Source: an uncultured Planctomycetaceae bacterium (lineage in GTDB: Bacteria > Planctomycetota > Phycisphaerae > UBA1845 > UTPLA1). Taken from it: a DNA stretch of 52,988 bases. The position numbers were made by a program, and so were the translations under genes. Positions 35,865 to 44,471 of this stretch are shown here, one piece after another (the first letter of the stretch is position 1; every line of letters starts with the position of its first letter). The stretch is taken from positions 1 through 52,988 of the forward strand of contig CAYQDV010000001.1 in the NCBI GenBank assembly GCA_964416295.1, given 5' to 3'. The notes under the pieces are model-generated. The model had not been told where the DNA came from. It saw only the letters and a list, made by a program, of their open reading frames with translations, and did no database searches.

Positions 35865-36869
35865 ATGTCGGACGACGAACCCAACACGCCCGAAGGTCTG
35901 TCGCAGGACGACATCGACGCGGCGCTGAACGCGGCCCAAGGGCCCACCGGCGATGAGTCGGCGACGCCGTCCGATGTGGAGGGACCTGCGGACGCGGCAG
36001 ACTCGTCCGGGCAGGGTACCGCCGATGCGGTCGACGAGTCTGCGGATGTCTCGGATGCCCCTGAGGCTCCGGCGCCCGACGCGGCTGAGGACGATGCGAC
36101 TGGCGGGACACCGGTCGAAGCGGAAGGCGTTGGAGCGTCGTCTGCGGAGAGTGGCGACGGCGAGGGTGGACTGTCTCAGGCGGACATCGATGCGGCGTTA
36201 TCGGCGGTGGCAGGTGACGCCGGCGAATCCGGCGCATCTGCACCGGCCGAGACTCCGGCGGCCGTTGCGGAGGCCGACGTCTCAGGATTCACCCAAGAAG
36301 ACATCGACGCCGCTCTGCTCGGAAACACCCCGTCCGACGCCGATTCCTCCGCGCCGCCGGAGAATTCGACCTTGAATCCGGACGGAAGCCCGAAGCTGGA
36401 TACGACGGGCAAGCCCTTTGACGCGGCGGCGGCGGCGATGGAAGCGGCCATCGCCGAAGAGAAGGCGGCCCAGGCGGAAGCGGCGCGTGCCGAGACCCGC
36501 TCTCCGGCACCGGCGGCCGTGGTGACGATGCCTCCACCGCCCCCCGAGGCCCGCTCCCTGGATTTGCCTGATCTCGGTCAGGTGCCGGCCGGTGCGCCGG
36601 AGGACCAGGGCGTCGAACTGCTCAACGACGTGGACCTGAATGTCAAGGTCGAGCTGGGGCGCGCGGAGATGGCGATCGAAGACGTGTTGCGACTTGGAAG
36701 CGGTTCCATCGTCGAATTGGATAAGTTGGCCGGCGATCCCGTGGACGTGCTGGTCAACGAGCGGCTCGTGGCTCGAGGCGAAGTCCTGATTCTCAACGAC
36801 AACTTCTGCGTGCGAATCAGCGAGATCACGGGTGACGAAGCAAGCAGTGAACAGGCGGTGGCGGAATGA
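35865..36869 (+). CDS. fliN: Flagellar motor switch protein FliN with a ~250-aa acidic N-terminal extension carrying three LSQxDIDAAL motifs
   Basis: C-terminal SpoA/FliN domain LNVKVELGRAEMAIEDVLRLGSGSIVELDKLAGDPVDVLVNERLVARGEVLILNDNFCVRISEI. The N-region is Asp/Glu/Ala/Ser/Pro-rich. Motifs lie at 35898-35927, 36171-36200 and 36287-36316. ATG 35865 is preferred over TTG 35856. Confidence 0.85.
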   Translation: MSDDEPNTPEGLSQDDIDAALNAAQGPTGDESATPSDVEGPADAADSSGQGTADAVDESADVSDAPEAPAPDAAEDDATGGTPVEAEGVGASSAESGDGEGGLSQADIDAALSAVAGDAGESGASAPAETPAAVAEADVSGFTQEDIDAALLGNTPSDADSSAPPENSTLNPDGSPKLDTTGKPFDAAAAAMEAAIAEEKAAQAEAARAETRSPAPAAVVTMPPPPPEARSLDLPDLGQVPAGAPEDQGVELLNDVDLNVKVELGRAEMAIEDVLRLGSGSIVELDKLAGDPVDVLVNERLVARGEVLILNDNFCVRISEITGDEASSEQAVAE

Positions 36870-37660
36870 AACGACCAGAGTCTCGTTTCGATCGTGGCCT
36901 CCGCATCATCCGTTTGGGTGCGGCGTATGCGACGACGGTTGCAGCGTTGCTGACTGCGTCGGCACCGCTCCGGGCCGACAGCGTCACTCCGGCGCACGCC
37001 GATCGAGGAGCTTCGACGGTCGCCTCTCGCGATTCCGGCGATTCCGGAGACGCGGTCTCGTCTTGGATTTCGGGCGTATCGTCTCAGCCGGAGGACGTGG
37101 AGCGGACGCTTCGCCGTGGCCGGACCGGGAAGGTAGAACGGAGCCGGAACGATGTTACACCGCATAAGGGATCAGCTCGGCGCGTGGTCCAGTTCTGGTG
37201 GCCGACGCTCGCGATTCTGGGTTTTATCATCGTTGCCGCTCTGGCAGCGCGGCGGTTTTTTCCACAGATCCGGCGCAGGACCGGAGGCGGCGCGATCAAG
37301 GTGTTGGCGCGCCATCCGCTGTCGAACAAACAGAGCCTTTGCTTGATTCGGCTGGGCCGGGGACTGGTGCTGGTCGGTGTGACGTCCGACAGGATACAGA
37401 CCCTGGCACGCATTGAAGATCCCGAAGAGGCGGCGTCTGTCATCGGTATGATCGAGGGAGGCCGCTCCGATTCGTTTACCGCCGCACTGAACCGGCTGGC
37501 TGATCGAGATGGCGGCCCGGTAGCGCAGGAAAACCGGGCGGCCTGGTCCGTCCGGTCATCGCGAGACAGGCTGGCACAGACGCAGGAAAGCGTTCAAACA
37601 CTGGTCGCTCGAGTCCGCGGGATGGCTGGCTCGTTGGGGGCATCGGCGGAGCCGACGTAG
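36866..37660 (+). CDS. fliO: Flagellar biosynthesis protein FliO (long form)
   Basis: TM segment WWPTLAILGFIIVAALAARRFF followed by IKVLARHPLSNKQSLCLIRLGRGLVLVGVTSDRIQTL, the FliO core. ATGA overlap with the fliN stop. Carries an extra ~100-aa N-terminal region with a signal-like segment. Confidence 0.65.
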   Translation: MKRPESRFDRGLRIIRLGAAYATTVAALLTASAPLRADSVTPAHADRGASTVASRDSGDSGDAVSSWISGVSSQPEDVERTLRRGRTGKVERSRNDVTPHKGSARRVVQFWWPTLAILGFIIVAALAARRFFPQIRRRTGGGAIKVLARHPLSNKQSLCLIRLGRGLVLVGVTSDRIQTLARIEDPEEAASVIGMIEGGRSDSFTAALNRLADRDGGPVAQENRAAWSVRSSRDRLAQTQESVQTLVARVRGMAGSLGASAEPT

Positions 37661-37721
37661 AGGACCCTACCGTCGCGAACGGAGCGACGACGGAAGGGGT
37701 CCGGCGCAAAGGAGTTGCGCA

Positions 37722-38567
37722 GTGCAGAGCCGACGGCGCCGCCTGCATCGGTGGCGTGTGATCCTGATCGCGTGTGGGACACTCGCGGGCGCGGGTTTGT
37801 TCCGCGGCACCGCTGCGCAGGCGGCCCCCGGCTCTTCCACTGGCTCAAACGCGATCGACAACCCGCTCGGCATTCCGGACCTCAGCCGGATTGCACCGCC
37901 CGCCAAGGATTCCGAGGGGGTCAGCGCGTCTCTGCGGATTCTGGTGCTGCTGACGGTCCTGTCGCTCGCCCCCTCCATCCTCATCATGATGACGAGCTTC
38001 ACGCGGATCATCATCGTCTTGACGCTGCTGCGTCAGGCGATGGGCACGCAGGCGCTGCCGCCGGGCCAGGTGCTGATCGGTCTTTCCCTCATCCTCACGA
38101 TGATCGTCATGGCCCCGACGTGGCAGCAAATGAAAGAGGATGCGGTCGAACCCTATCTGGACGGGCGAATGGGACAGGCCGAGGCGATCGAGCGGGCCTC
38201 CGCCCCCGTCCGCGATTTCATGTTTCGCCAGATTGAGGCGGCCGGGAACGAGGACAATGTATATCTGTTTGCAGAACATGCGCGTGGGCCTCTTCCACCG
38301 GGCGTCGAACTGGCCCCGAAGGACGTTCGAATGGTCGAGCTGGTGCCCGCCTTCCTACTGAGTGAACTGGAGACGGCGTTCGTGATGGGCTTCCGGCTTT
38401 ATCTACCCTTTCTGGTCATTGACATGGTGATTGCCTCCATCCTGATCAGCATGGGGATGATGATGCTGCCGCCGGTCCTGATCTCACTGCCGTTCAAGAT
38501 CATGTTGTTCGTGCTGGCCGACGGATGGGCATTGGTCGTCGGATCGGTCATGGAGAGTTTTGCGTAG
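37722..38567 (+). CDS. fliP: Flagellar export-gate protein FliP
   Basis: Signal peptide, then LRILVLLTVLSLAPSILIMMTSFTRIIIVLTLLRQAMGTQALPPGQVLIGLSLILTMIVMAP, the FliP signature. GTG start with GGAG 8 nt upstream. Confidence 0.93.
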   Translation: MQSRRRRLHRWRVILIACGTLAGAGLFRGTAAQAAPGSSTGSNAIDNPLGIPDLSRIAPPAKDSEGVSASLRILVLLTVLSLAPSILIMMTSFTRIIIVLTLLRQAMGTQALPPGQVLIGLSLILTMIVMAPTWQQMKEDAVEPYLDGRMGQAEAIERASAPVRDFMFRQIEAAGNEDNVYLFAEHARGPLPPGVELAPKDVRMVELVPAFLLSELETAFVMGFRLYLPFLVIDMVIASILISMGMMMLPPVLISLPFKIMLFVLADGWALVVGSVMESFA

Positions 38568-38637
38568 ATTGGCCGCGAGCCGTCGCGCCGGAGCCGGGCG
38601 ATTCGATTGCGACACGAAGACTGCGGTCGATCGCCAT

Positions 38638-38655
38638 TCGGCTCTTGCAAGAGCC
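38638..38655. repeat. Perfect 18-bp palindrome CGGCTCTTGCAAGAGCCG in the fliP-fliQ spacer
   Basis: Read directly from the sequence. It would form an 8-bp-stem hairpin in the polycistronic mRNA, 37 nt upstream of the fliQ ATG. Confidence 0.7.
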
Positions 38656-38691
38656 GACCTCGGCCTCGTATCAGTTGTGAGGACTCCTCGA

Positions 38692-38958
38692 ATGGACCCC
38701 GGAACCGCGATCGATCTGAGTTATGACGCCCTGTTGCTGGCGCTCACGCTGGCCGGACCGGTCCTGGCCATCGGCATGGTCGTGGGACTGGCGATCAGCG
38801 TCTTTCAGGCCGTGACGCAGTTGCAGGAACAGACGCTGACATTTGTGCCCAAGATCGTCGCGATGGGTGCGACGGCCGCCCTGTTGGTCCCGTGGCTGAC
38901 GGCACGGATGGTCGAATACGTCCAGCAGTTGTGGGGCGGCTCGGCACTGCTGCCCTGA
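38692..38958 (+). CDS. fliQ: Flagellar export-gate protein FliQ
   Basis: 88 aa from ATG 38692. MDPGTAIDLSYDALLLALTLAGPVLAIGMVVGLAISVFQAVTQLQEQTLTFVPKIVA is FliQ-typical. The longer ORF from 38560 adds an Arg-rich non-family leader. Confidence 0.9.
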   Translation: MDPGTAIDLSYDALLLALTLAGPVLAIGMVVGLAISVFQAVTQLQEQTLTFVPKIVAMGATAALLVPWLTARMVEYVQQLWGGSALLP

Positions 38959-39044
38959 GGAGAATCGCGCATGGCAAACGGTCGATGGCGGAATGTTCAC
39001 GCGTTCCGTGCTGCAAGGCGCGTTGATTGTGTTGATGGGCTGTC

Positions 39045-39839
39045 ATGAAGCTGCTCGCCCTGCAAATGATGTTGCCAGGCTTTGCACTGGTCCTGGCCCG
39101 CGCCGCGGGACTCGTGCTGGCGGTGCCGATGTTTTCGAGCAGCCAGATTCCGCGCATCGTCAAGGTGTGGATGTCGGTCACGCTCGCGTTGATGACATTC
39201 CCCGCGGTCATGCCGCAGTTGCCGCCTTCGCTGTCCATGGGACACGCGGCGGGCGGCATTGTCGGCGAGTTCATCATCGGCGAAGTGATCGGCCTGGGTG
39301 CCGGGTTAGTCTTCTTCGGGGCGCAGCTCGCCGGCAAGATCATCAGCTACCAAACCGGCATGGCGTTGGGCGCCGTGTTCAATCCCGTCTTCGATGCGGA
39401 GTCGACCGTCCTGGACCAAATCTGGTTCTTTACCGCGTTGATGTTTTTCCTGGCGCTGCGTGGACACCTGGCCGTGGTGCAAGTCGTGCTCCACAGTTTT
39501 GCCAAGGTACCCCCGCTCAGCGTGTGGTCCACGGGCATCACCGCTGAGTTCTGCGCGTCCGTCCTCCAGAGCGTCTTCGAGATGGGCGTGCGGCTGGCCG
39601 GACCGGCGGTCCTGGCGCTGCTGCTTACGTCGCTGTCGATGGGCATCCTGACGAGGACGATGCCGCAACTCAACGTACTCAGCGTCGGATTCAGCATCAA
39701 GATCGCGTTGGGCGTGTTCGTGATGGCGGTGTCCATTTCGGCATCGGACAGCGTCATGGCCGGGGCGTTGGCCGACGGCCTTGGCGATGTGGGCCTGTGG
39801 TTCGACCACGTGGCCGACACGGTGACCCATGGCGGATGA
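39045..39839 (+). CDS. fliR: Flagellar export-gate protein FliR
   Basis: 264-aa polytopic protein. FALVLARAAGLVLAVPMFSS...GEFIIGEVIGLGAGLVFFGAQLAGKIISYQTGMAL is FliR-like. Lies between fliQ and flhB. Confidence 0.88.
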   Translation: MKLLALQMMLPGFALVLARAAGLVLAVPMFSSSQIPRIVKVWMSVTLALMTFPAVMPQLPPSLSMGHAAGGIVGEFIIGEVIGLGAGLVFFGAQLAGKIISYQTGMALGAVFNPVFDAESTVLDQIWFFTALMFFLALRGHLAVVQVVLHSFAKVPPLSVWSTGITAEFCASVLQSVFEMGVRLAGPAVLALLLTSLSMGILTRTMPQLNVLSVGFSIKIALGVFVMAVSISASDSVMAGALADGLGDVGLWFDHVADTVTHGG

Positions 39840-40917
39840 TGCCGGCGACAAAACGGAGGCTCCGACGCCACGGCGGCTCACCGACGCTCGAGAAGAAGGG
39901 CGGGTGGCCCGCAGCACCGACCTGAATGCGGCCATTGGCCTTCTTGCCGGGCTGATGTTGCTCCACGGCTTCGGGTCGCGGGTGACGGCGGCGTGGCTGA
40001 CGCTGTTGCGCGACGGTCTGTCGGCGCGCGATCCGGCGGCGGTGAGTCGCATCGACCTGCTGACGATTGTCTCCAGGATCGGCACGACGGTGCTTTTCGC
40101 CATCGGACCGATCCTAGCCGGATTGCTGCTGGCCTCGCTGTTGTCCAATCTCCTCCAGATCGGCTTGCTCCTGACGCCACGACCGCTCGCGCCCAAGTTC
40201 AGCAAGCTCAATCCTATCAGCGGTGTGAAGCGCCTGTTCAGTGCGCAGACGTGGGTGCAATTGGGGATGAACCTGGTGAAACTCGCCGTGGTCGGGTTCG
40301 TGGCATACCGGGCCATCCGCGATCGTGCGGGAGACATTCTGGTGGCGATCGCGACCGGCGGATGGAAACAGGTCGCCGTCATGAGCTCGCTGCTGTACGA
40401 CGTCGGTTTGAAGCTGGCGCTGATCCTGCTGGTGCTCGCGTTGCTCGACTTCGCCTGGCAGAAATACAGATTCATACGGGACATGCGAATGTCCAAACAG
40501 GAGGTCAAGGAGGAGATGCGCAGAATGGAGGGCGACCCGGTGATGAAACAGCGCCGCCGGCAGGCACAGCTTGCCGCGGCGCTGCAGCGCATCAAGAGCG
40601 CCGTGCCCAAGGCGGACGTCGTGGTGACGAATCCCACGGAACTGGCCATTGCGATCCGGTATGACCCGGACACCATGGCGGCCCCCAGGGTCGTGGCCAA
40701 GGGGAAGGGTCACCTCGCAAAGAAGATACGCGAAATCGCCATTACGCACCGCATTCCGATCGTCGAGCGGAAGCCCTTGGCGCAGGCGCTGTACAAGACC
40801 GTCGAAGTGGGTCAGGAGGTGCCCGAGCAGTTTTACAAGGCGATCGCCGAGATTCTGGCGTATGTGTATGAACTGACCGGCCGGACGCCGGGGCGCCGGG
40901 CCGCCTCGGCAGCCTAG
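39829..40917 (+). CDS. flhB: Flagellar export switch protein FlhB
   Basis: MADDAGDKTEAPTPRRLTDAREEGRVARS N-terminus, 4 TM helices, SKQEVKEEMRRMEGDPVMKQRRR, and the autocleavage region VVVTNPTELAIAIRY (NPTE instead of the canonical NPTH). Confidence 0.92.
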   Translation: MADDAGDKTEAPTPRRLTDAREEGRVARSTDLNAAIGLLAGLMLLHGFGSRVTAAWLTLLRDGLSARDPAAVSRIDLLTIVSRIGTTVLFAIGPILAGLLLASLLSNLLQIGLLLTPRPLAPKFSKLNPISGVKRLFSAQTWVQLGMNLVKLAVVGFVAYRAIRDRAGDILVAIATGGWKQVAVMSSLLYDVGLKLALILLVLALLDFAWQKYRFIRDMRMSKQEVKEEMRRMEGDPVMKQRRRQAQLAAALQRIKSAVPKADVVVTNPTELAIAIRYDPDTMAAPRVVAKGKGHLAKKIREIAITHRIPIVERKPLAQALYKTVEVGQEVPEQFYKAIAEILAYVYELTGRTPGRRAASAA

Positions 40918-41070
40918 CGACCCGGTCGTCCCGAGCGTTGCGGCGTATGGACGCTCTGGCGCGGCTGACCGACGGCGTTTGTACAGCAGCGCGGCCCTTG
41001 CCTCGTGGCTGGGGCTGAACGAGACGGTTTCGAGATTCCGCTCTGCGGTATTCTCGCCTTTGGATTGGTT

Positions 41071-43200
41071 ATGGCCAAGGACGGCACGCCCATCACGCAA
41101 GCGCTCCAGTTCATCCAGGAGCATCGGGGATTGTTGTACCCGATGCTGGCGATGGCGCTGGTCTTCGTGGTCCTGGTTCCGCTGCCGACGCCGATCCTGG
41201 ACATCCTGCTCGTGGCGAACATCACGCTCAGCGCCCTCGTGCTGCTGAGCGTGATGTACATGAAGGGGCCGCTGGAGTTCTCGGCGTTCCCGTCACTGCT
41301 GTTGTCGCTGACGTTGCTGCGTCTCGTGTTGAATACGGCGACGACCCGTGCGATTCTGACCAATGCCGACGGCACGACCGCGGCGGCCGGCCACGTGATC
41401 GAACAATTCAGCGCCTTCGTTGCGGCGGGATCGCTGGCGGTCGGGTTGATTATCTTCGTGATCATCACGTTGATCCAGTTCGTTGTGATCACCAAGGGTG
41501 CGACGCGCATCGCCGAAGTGGCGGCCCGGTTCACCCTGGATGCGATGCCGGGCAAGCAGATGGCCATCGACGCCGACCTGTCGGCGGGCCTGGTCGATGA
41601 AGCCGAGGCCCGACGTCGGCGTGAGAACATCACGCGCGAAGCGGACTTCTACGGTGCGATGGACGGTGCCAGCAAGTTTGTCCGCGGGGACGCGATCGCC
41701 GGCATTGTTATTACGCTAGTAAATATTCTAGGTGGACTCTTTGTCGGCATGATCGAAGTCGACCCACCCCTTTCGCTGATACAGAGCCTGGACGTGTTCA
41801 CGAAGCTGACGATCGGGGACGGACTGGTGTCGCAGATTCCGGCATTCCTGGTCTCGATCGCGGCCGGCATGATCATCACGCGCTCGACGAGCAAGACGAA
41901 CCTGGGCGAAGAGTTGTTCTCGCAACTCCTGTCACAGCCAACGGCCCTGCTGCTGGCCTCCGGTTTTTTGGCCACCTTGATGTTCACGCCGCTCCCGAAG
42001 GCGCCGTTGATGCTGCTGGCTGCCGGGACCGGCGGGCTGGGGTACCTCACACGCCAACAACGCAACGCCAAAGCCGCCGCGAAGAAGACTCGCGCGGCGG
42101 CGCCTTCGAAGGAGCCGGACAAGATCGAAGCCTGTTTGAATGTTGATCCGATGGAACTGGAGGTCGGCTACGGATTAATCCGCTTGGTCGACCGAAAGCA
42201 GGGCGGCGATCTGCTGGACCGCATCTCGAACATACGTCGACAGGTCGCCACCGACCTCGGCATCATCGTGCCGCCGATCCGAATCCGCGACAATGTCCGG
42301 CTCGAACCCAACAGGTATTCCGTCAAGCTGCGCGGAGCCCCCATCGCCCAGGGCGAGGTGATGCCCGGACACCTGCTGGCCATCGACTCCGGCGCCGTCA
42401 GCGAGAAAGTGCATGGCATCGACACGAAGGAGCCGGCATTTGGGCTTCCCGCCATCTGGATCGCGGACGACGCGCGATCGACGGCCGAGCAACGTAATTA
42501 TACCGTCGTCGAGCCTACGAGTGTGCTGGCGACACACCTGACGGAGCTGATTCAGATGCACGCGGCCGAACTGCTGACGCGCCAGGACGTCAGCCGGCTC
42601 CTCGACAACCTCAAGGAACGAAGTCCCAAGGTGGTCGAGGAAGTCGTGCCCGATCAGTTGAAGATCGGTGAGGTCCAGGCCGTGCTGGAGCGGCTTCTGC
42701 GGGAGCGCGTGCCGATCCGCGATCTGGAGACGGTCCTCGAAACGCTGGGAGACTGGGCTGGCCGGACCAAGGACCCCGAGGTCCTGGCCGAGTACGTCCG
42801 GAACGCGCTGGCCCGGCAGCTTTGCGAGCGATATCGAGACGACGGACAGGTGATCCACGCCGTTACGCTCGATCCGGGGCTGGAAGACACGATTCATTCG
42901 CATGTGGAACGCACGGATCGCGGCTCGTTCCTGACGGTCCCGCCGGCGCTGGCCAACAAGATCGGTCGCGCAGTGCGTCGCGAGCTGGATCAGGCCGCGG
43001 CCAAGGCCCGCGGCGTCCAACCGGTGGTCCTGACGTCGCCGCAGGTGCGGCAGTGGGTGAGACGATTGATCGAGGCGGCTCTGCCGAAGGTGGCAGTGCT
43101 GGGTTTCAACGAAGTCGTTCGAGGCATCGAGATTCGGACGCATGGAATGGTGGCCATTACTGATGCAACTGAAAACGTACAGAGCCCGGTCCATGTCTGA
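41071..43200 (+). CDS. flhA: Flagellar export-gate protein FlhA
   Basis: ATG 41071. ITKGATRIAEVAARFTLDAMPGKQMAIDADL and FYGAMDGASKFVRGDAIAGI are FlhA signatures. Large C-terminal cytoplasmic domain. The ORF-track start at 41005 adds a non-family leader. Confidence 0.95.
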   Translation: MAKDGTPITQALQFIQEHRGLLYPMLAMALVFVVLVPLPTPILDILLVANITLSALVLLSVMYMKGPLEFSAFPSLLLSLTLLRLVLNTATTRAILTNADGTTAAAGHVIEQFSAFVAAGSLAVGLIIFVIITLIQFVVITKGATRIAEVAARFTLDAMPGKQMAIDADLSAGLVDEAEARRRRENITREADFYGAMDGASKFVRGDAIAGIVITLVNILGGLFVGMIEVDPPLSLIQSLDVFTKLTIGDGLVSQIPAFLVSIAAGMIITRSTSKTNLGEELFSQLLSQPTALLLASGFLATLMFTPLPKAPLMLLAAGTGGLGYLTRQQRNAKAAAKKTRAAAPSKEPDKIEACLNVDPMELEVGYGLIRLVDRKQGGDLLDRISNIRRQVATDLGIIVPPIRIRDNVRLEPNRYSVKLRGAPIAQGEVMPGHLLAIDSGAVSEKVHGIDTKEPAFGLPAIWIADDARSTAEQRNYTVVEPTSVLATHLTELIQMHAAELLTRQDVSRLLDNLKERSPKVVEEVVPDQLKIGEVQAVLERLLRERVPIRDLETVLETLGDWAGRTKDPEVLAEYVRNALARQLCERYRDDGQVIHAVTLDPGLEDTIHSHVERTDRGSFLTVPPALANKIGRAVRRELDQAAAKARGVQPVVLTSPQVRQWVRRLIEAALPKVAVLGFNEVVRGIEIRTHGMVAITDATENVQSPVHV

Positions 43201-44470
43201 CGCCCTTGCCCGCGTCAAGGCGGACCTGGGTCGCGACGCGGTGATTCTGCACACACGCACCCTCAAGCGGGGCGGCGTGTTGGGAGTGGGCGCCCGATCG
43301 CAGGTCGAGATTACGGCGACGGCGGATGCTCGCCTGGTCGACGGTGGGGCACAAATGTCGTCGCGTACGGCGCCACAGCCTCCGGCGTGTGCACAGCCGG
43401 AGACGCCCGCGGGCGCGCGACGCGAAGATCCGCAGACCGTGGCGGAGGCCCCGGCCTCGCGCCTCGATCTGAGGGCCGGACAGACATCGGATGCGGTGCT
43501 GCGCCGCGATGTCGAGGCCATCCGTGACATGGTGGATGAGTTGCTGCGCGACCGGCGTCGAGCACAGCAACCTCAGTTGCCGGTTGAGCTGATTGACTAT
43601 TACACCGAACTCGTCGGGCAGGCGGTCGCGGCCGAGTTGGCGTCCCGACTCGTCGATCACGTCCGACGACGGCTCGACGATCCCGGAAAACCCGGCCCGG
43701 CGAGACGCCTGACCGGTGCGGCCGCCACGGCCCGCGACCGACGGATTCGCCAGGAACTGGCGCAGTGCCTCAGCGAGATGATCCCACCCGCGTCACCCCT
43801 GAAGCTGAAGACGGACGCTGGGCCGACCATCGTCGCGATGGTCGGACCCACCGGTGTCGGCAAGACGACGACGATCGCCAAGCTGGCGGCAAACATGAAA
43901 CTTCGAGAGCACAAGCGCGTCGGGCTGGTGACGATCGACACCTATCGGATCGCGGCGGTCGAACAATTGAAGACCTACGCGCAGATTTTGGACGTCCCGT
44001 TGCTATCGGTCGTCACTCCCGAGGAGATGAAGACGGCCATCGCTCGCCTGTCCGACCGCGATCTGATCCTGATCGATACCGCCGGCCGCAGTCAGAAGGA
44101 CGAGGCCCGTCTTGCGGAACTGAAGCACTTCCTCGCAGCCGCCGAACCGAACCAGGTTCACCTGGTGCTGTCGACGACCAGCCGTGAGGATGCCATCCGG
44201 GACACGATTCAGCAGTTCGCGGCCGTGGGGGCGGATCACCTGATCTTCACGAAGCTGGACGAGGCCCTCGGGCTGGGAGTCATTCTCAACGTGCTGGAGT
44301 CGGTCGACATGCGGTTGTCCTACCTGACCAACGGGCAGTCGGTCCCAGACGACATTGAAGTGGGGACGGCCCATCGCGTGGCGCGTCTGATTCTGCAACC
44401 GGAGGAGCGGGCGATACCCAACGGCTTCGACCGGCCGACCCTGGATGTCACCGTCGGCGAAGGGGTTTGA
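43163..44470 (+). CDS. flhF: Flagellar biosynthesis SRP-type GTPase FlhF
   Basis: MQLKTYRARSMSDALARVKADLGRDAVILHTR N-terminus, G1 MVGPTGVGKTTTIAKLA, G3 DTAGR and TKLDE. Overlaps the flhA end by 38 nt. Confidence 0.88.
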   Translation: MQLKTYRARSMSDALARVKADLGRDAVILHTRTLKRGGVLGVGARSQVEITATADARLVDGGAQMSSRTAPQPPACAQPETPAGARREDPQTVAEAPASRLDLRAGQTSDAVLRRDVEAIRDMVDELLRDRRRAQQPQLPVELIDYYTELVGQAVAAELASRLVDHVRRRLDDPGKPGPARRLTGAAATARDRRIRQELAQCLSEMIPPASPLKLKTDAGPTIVAMVGPTGVGKTTTIAKLAANMKLREHKRVGLVTIDTYRIAAVEQLKTYAQILDVPLLSVVTPEEMKTAIARLSDRDLILIDTAGRSQKDEARLAELKHFLAAAEPNQVHLVLSTTSREDAIRDTIQQFAAVGADHLIFTKLDEALGLGVILNVLESVDMRLSYLTNGQSVPDDIEVGTAHRVARLILQPEERAIPNGFDRPTLDVTVGEGV

Positions 44471-44471
44471 G

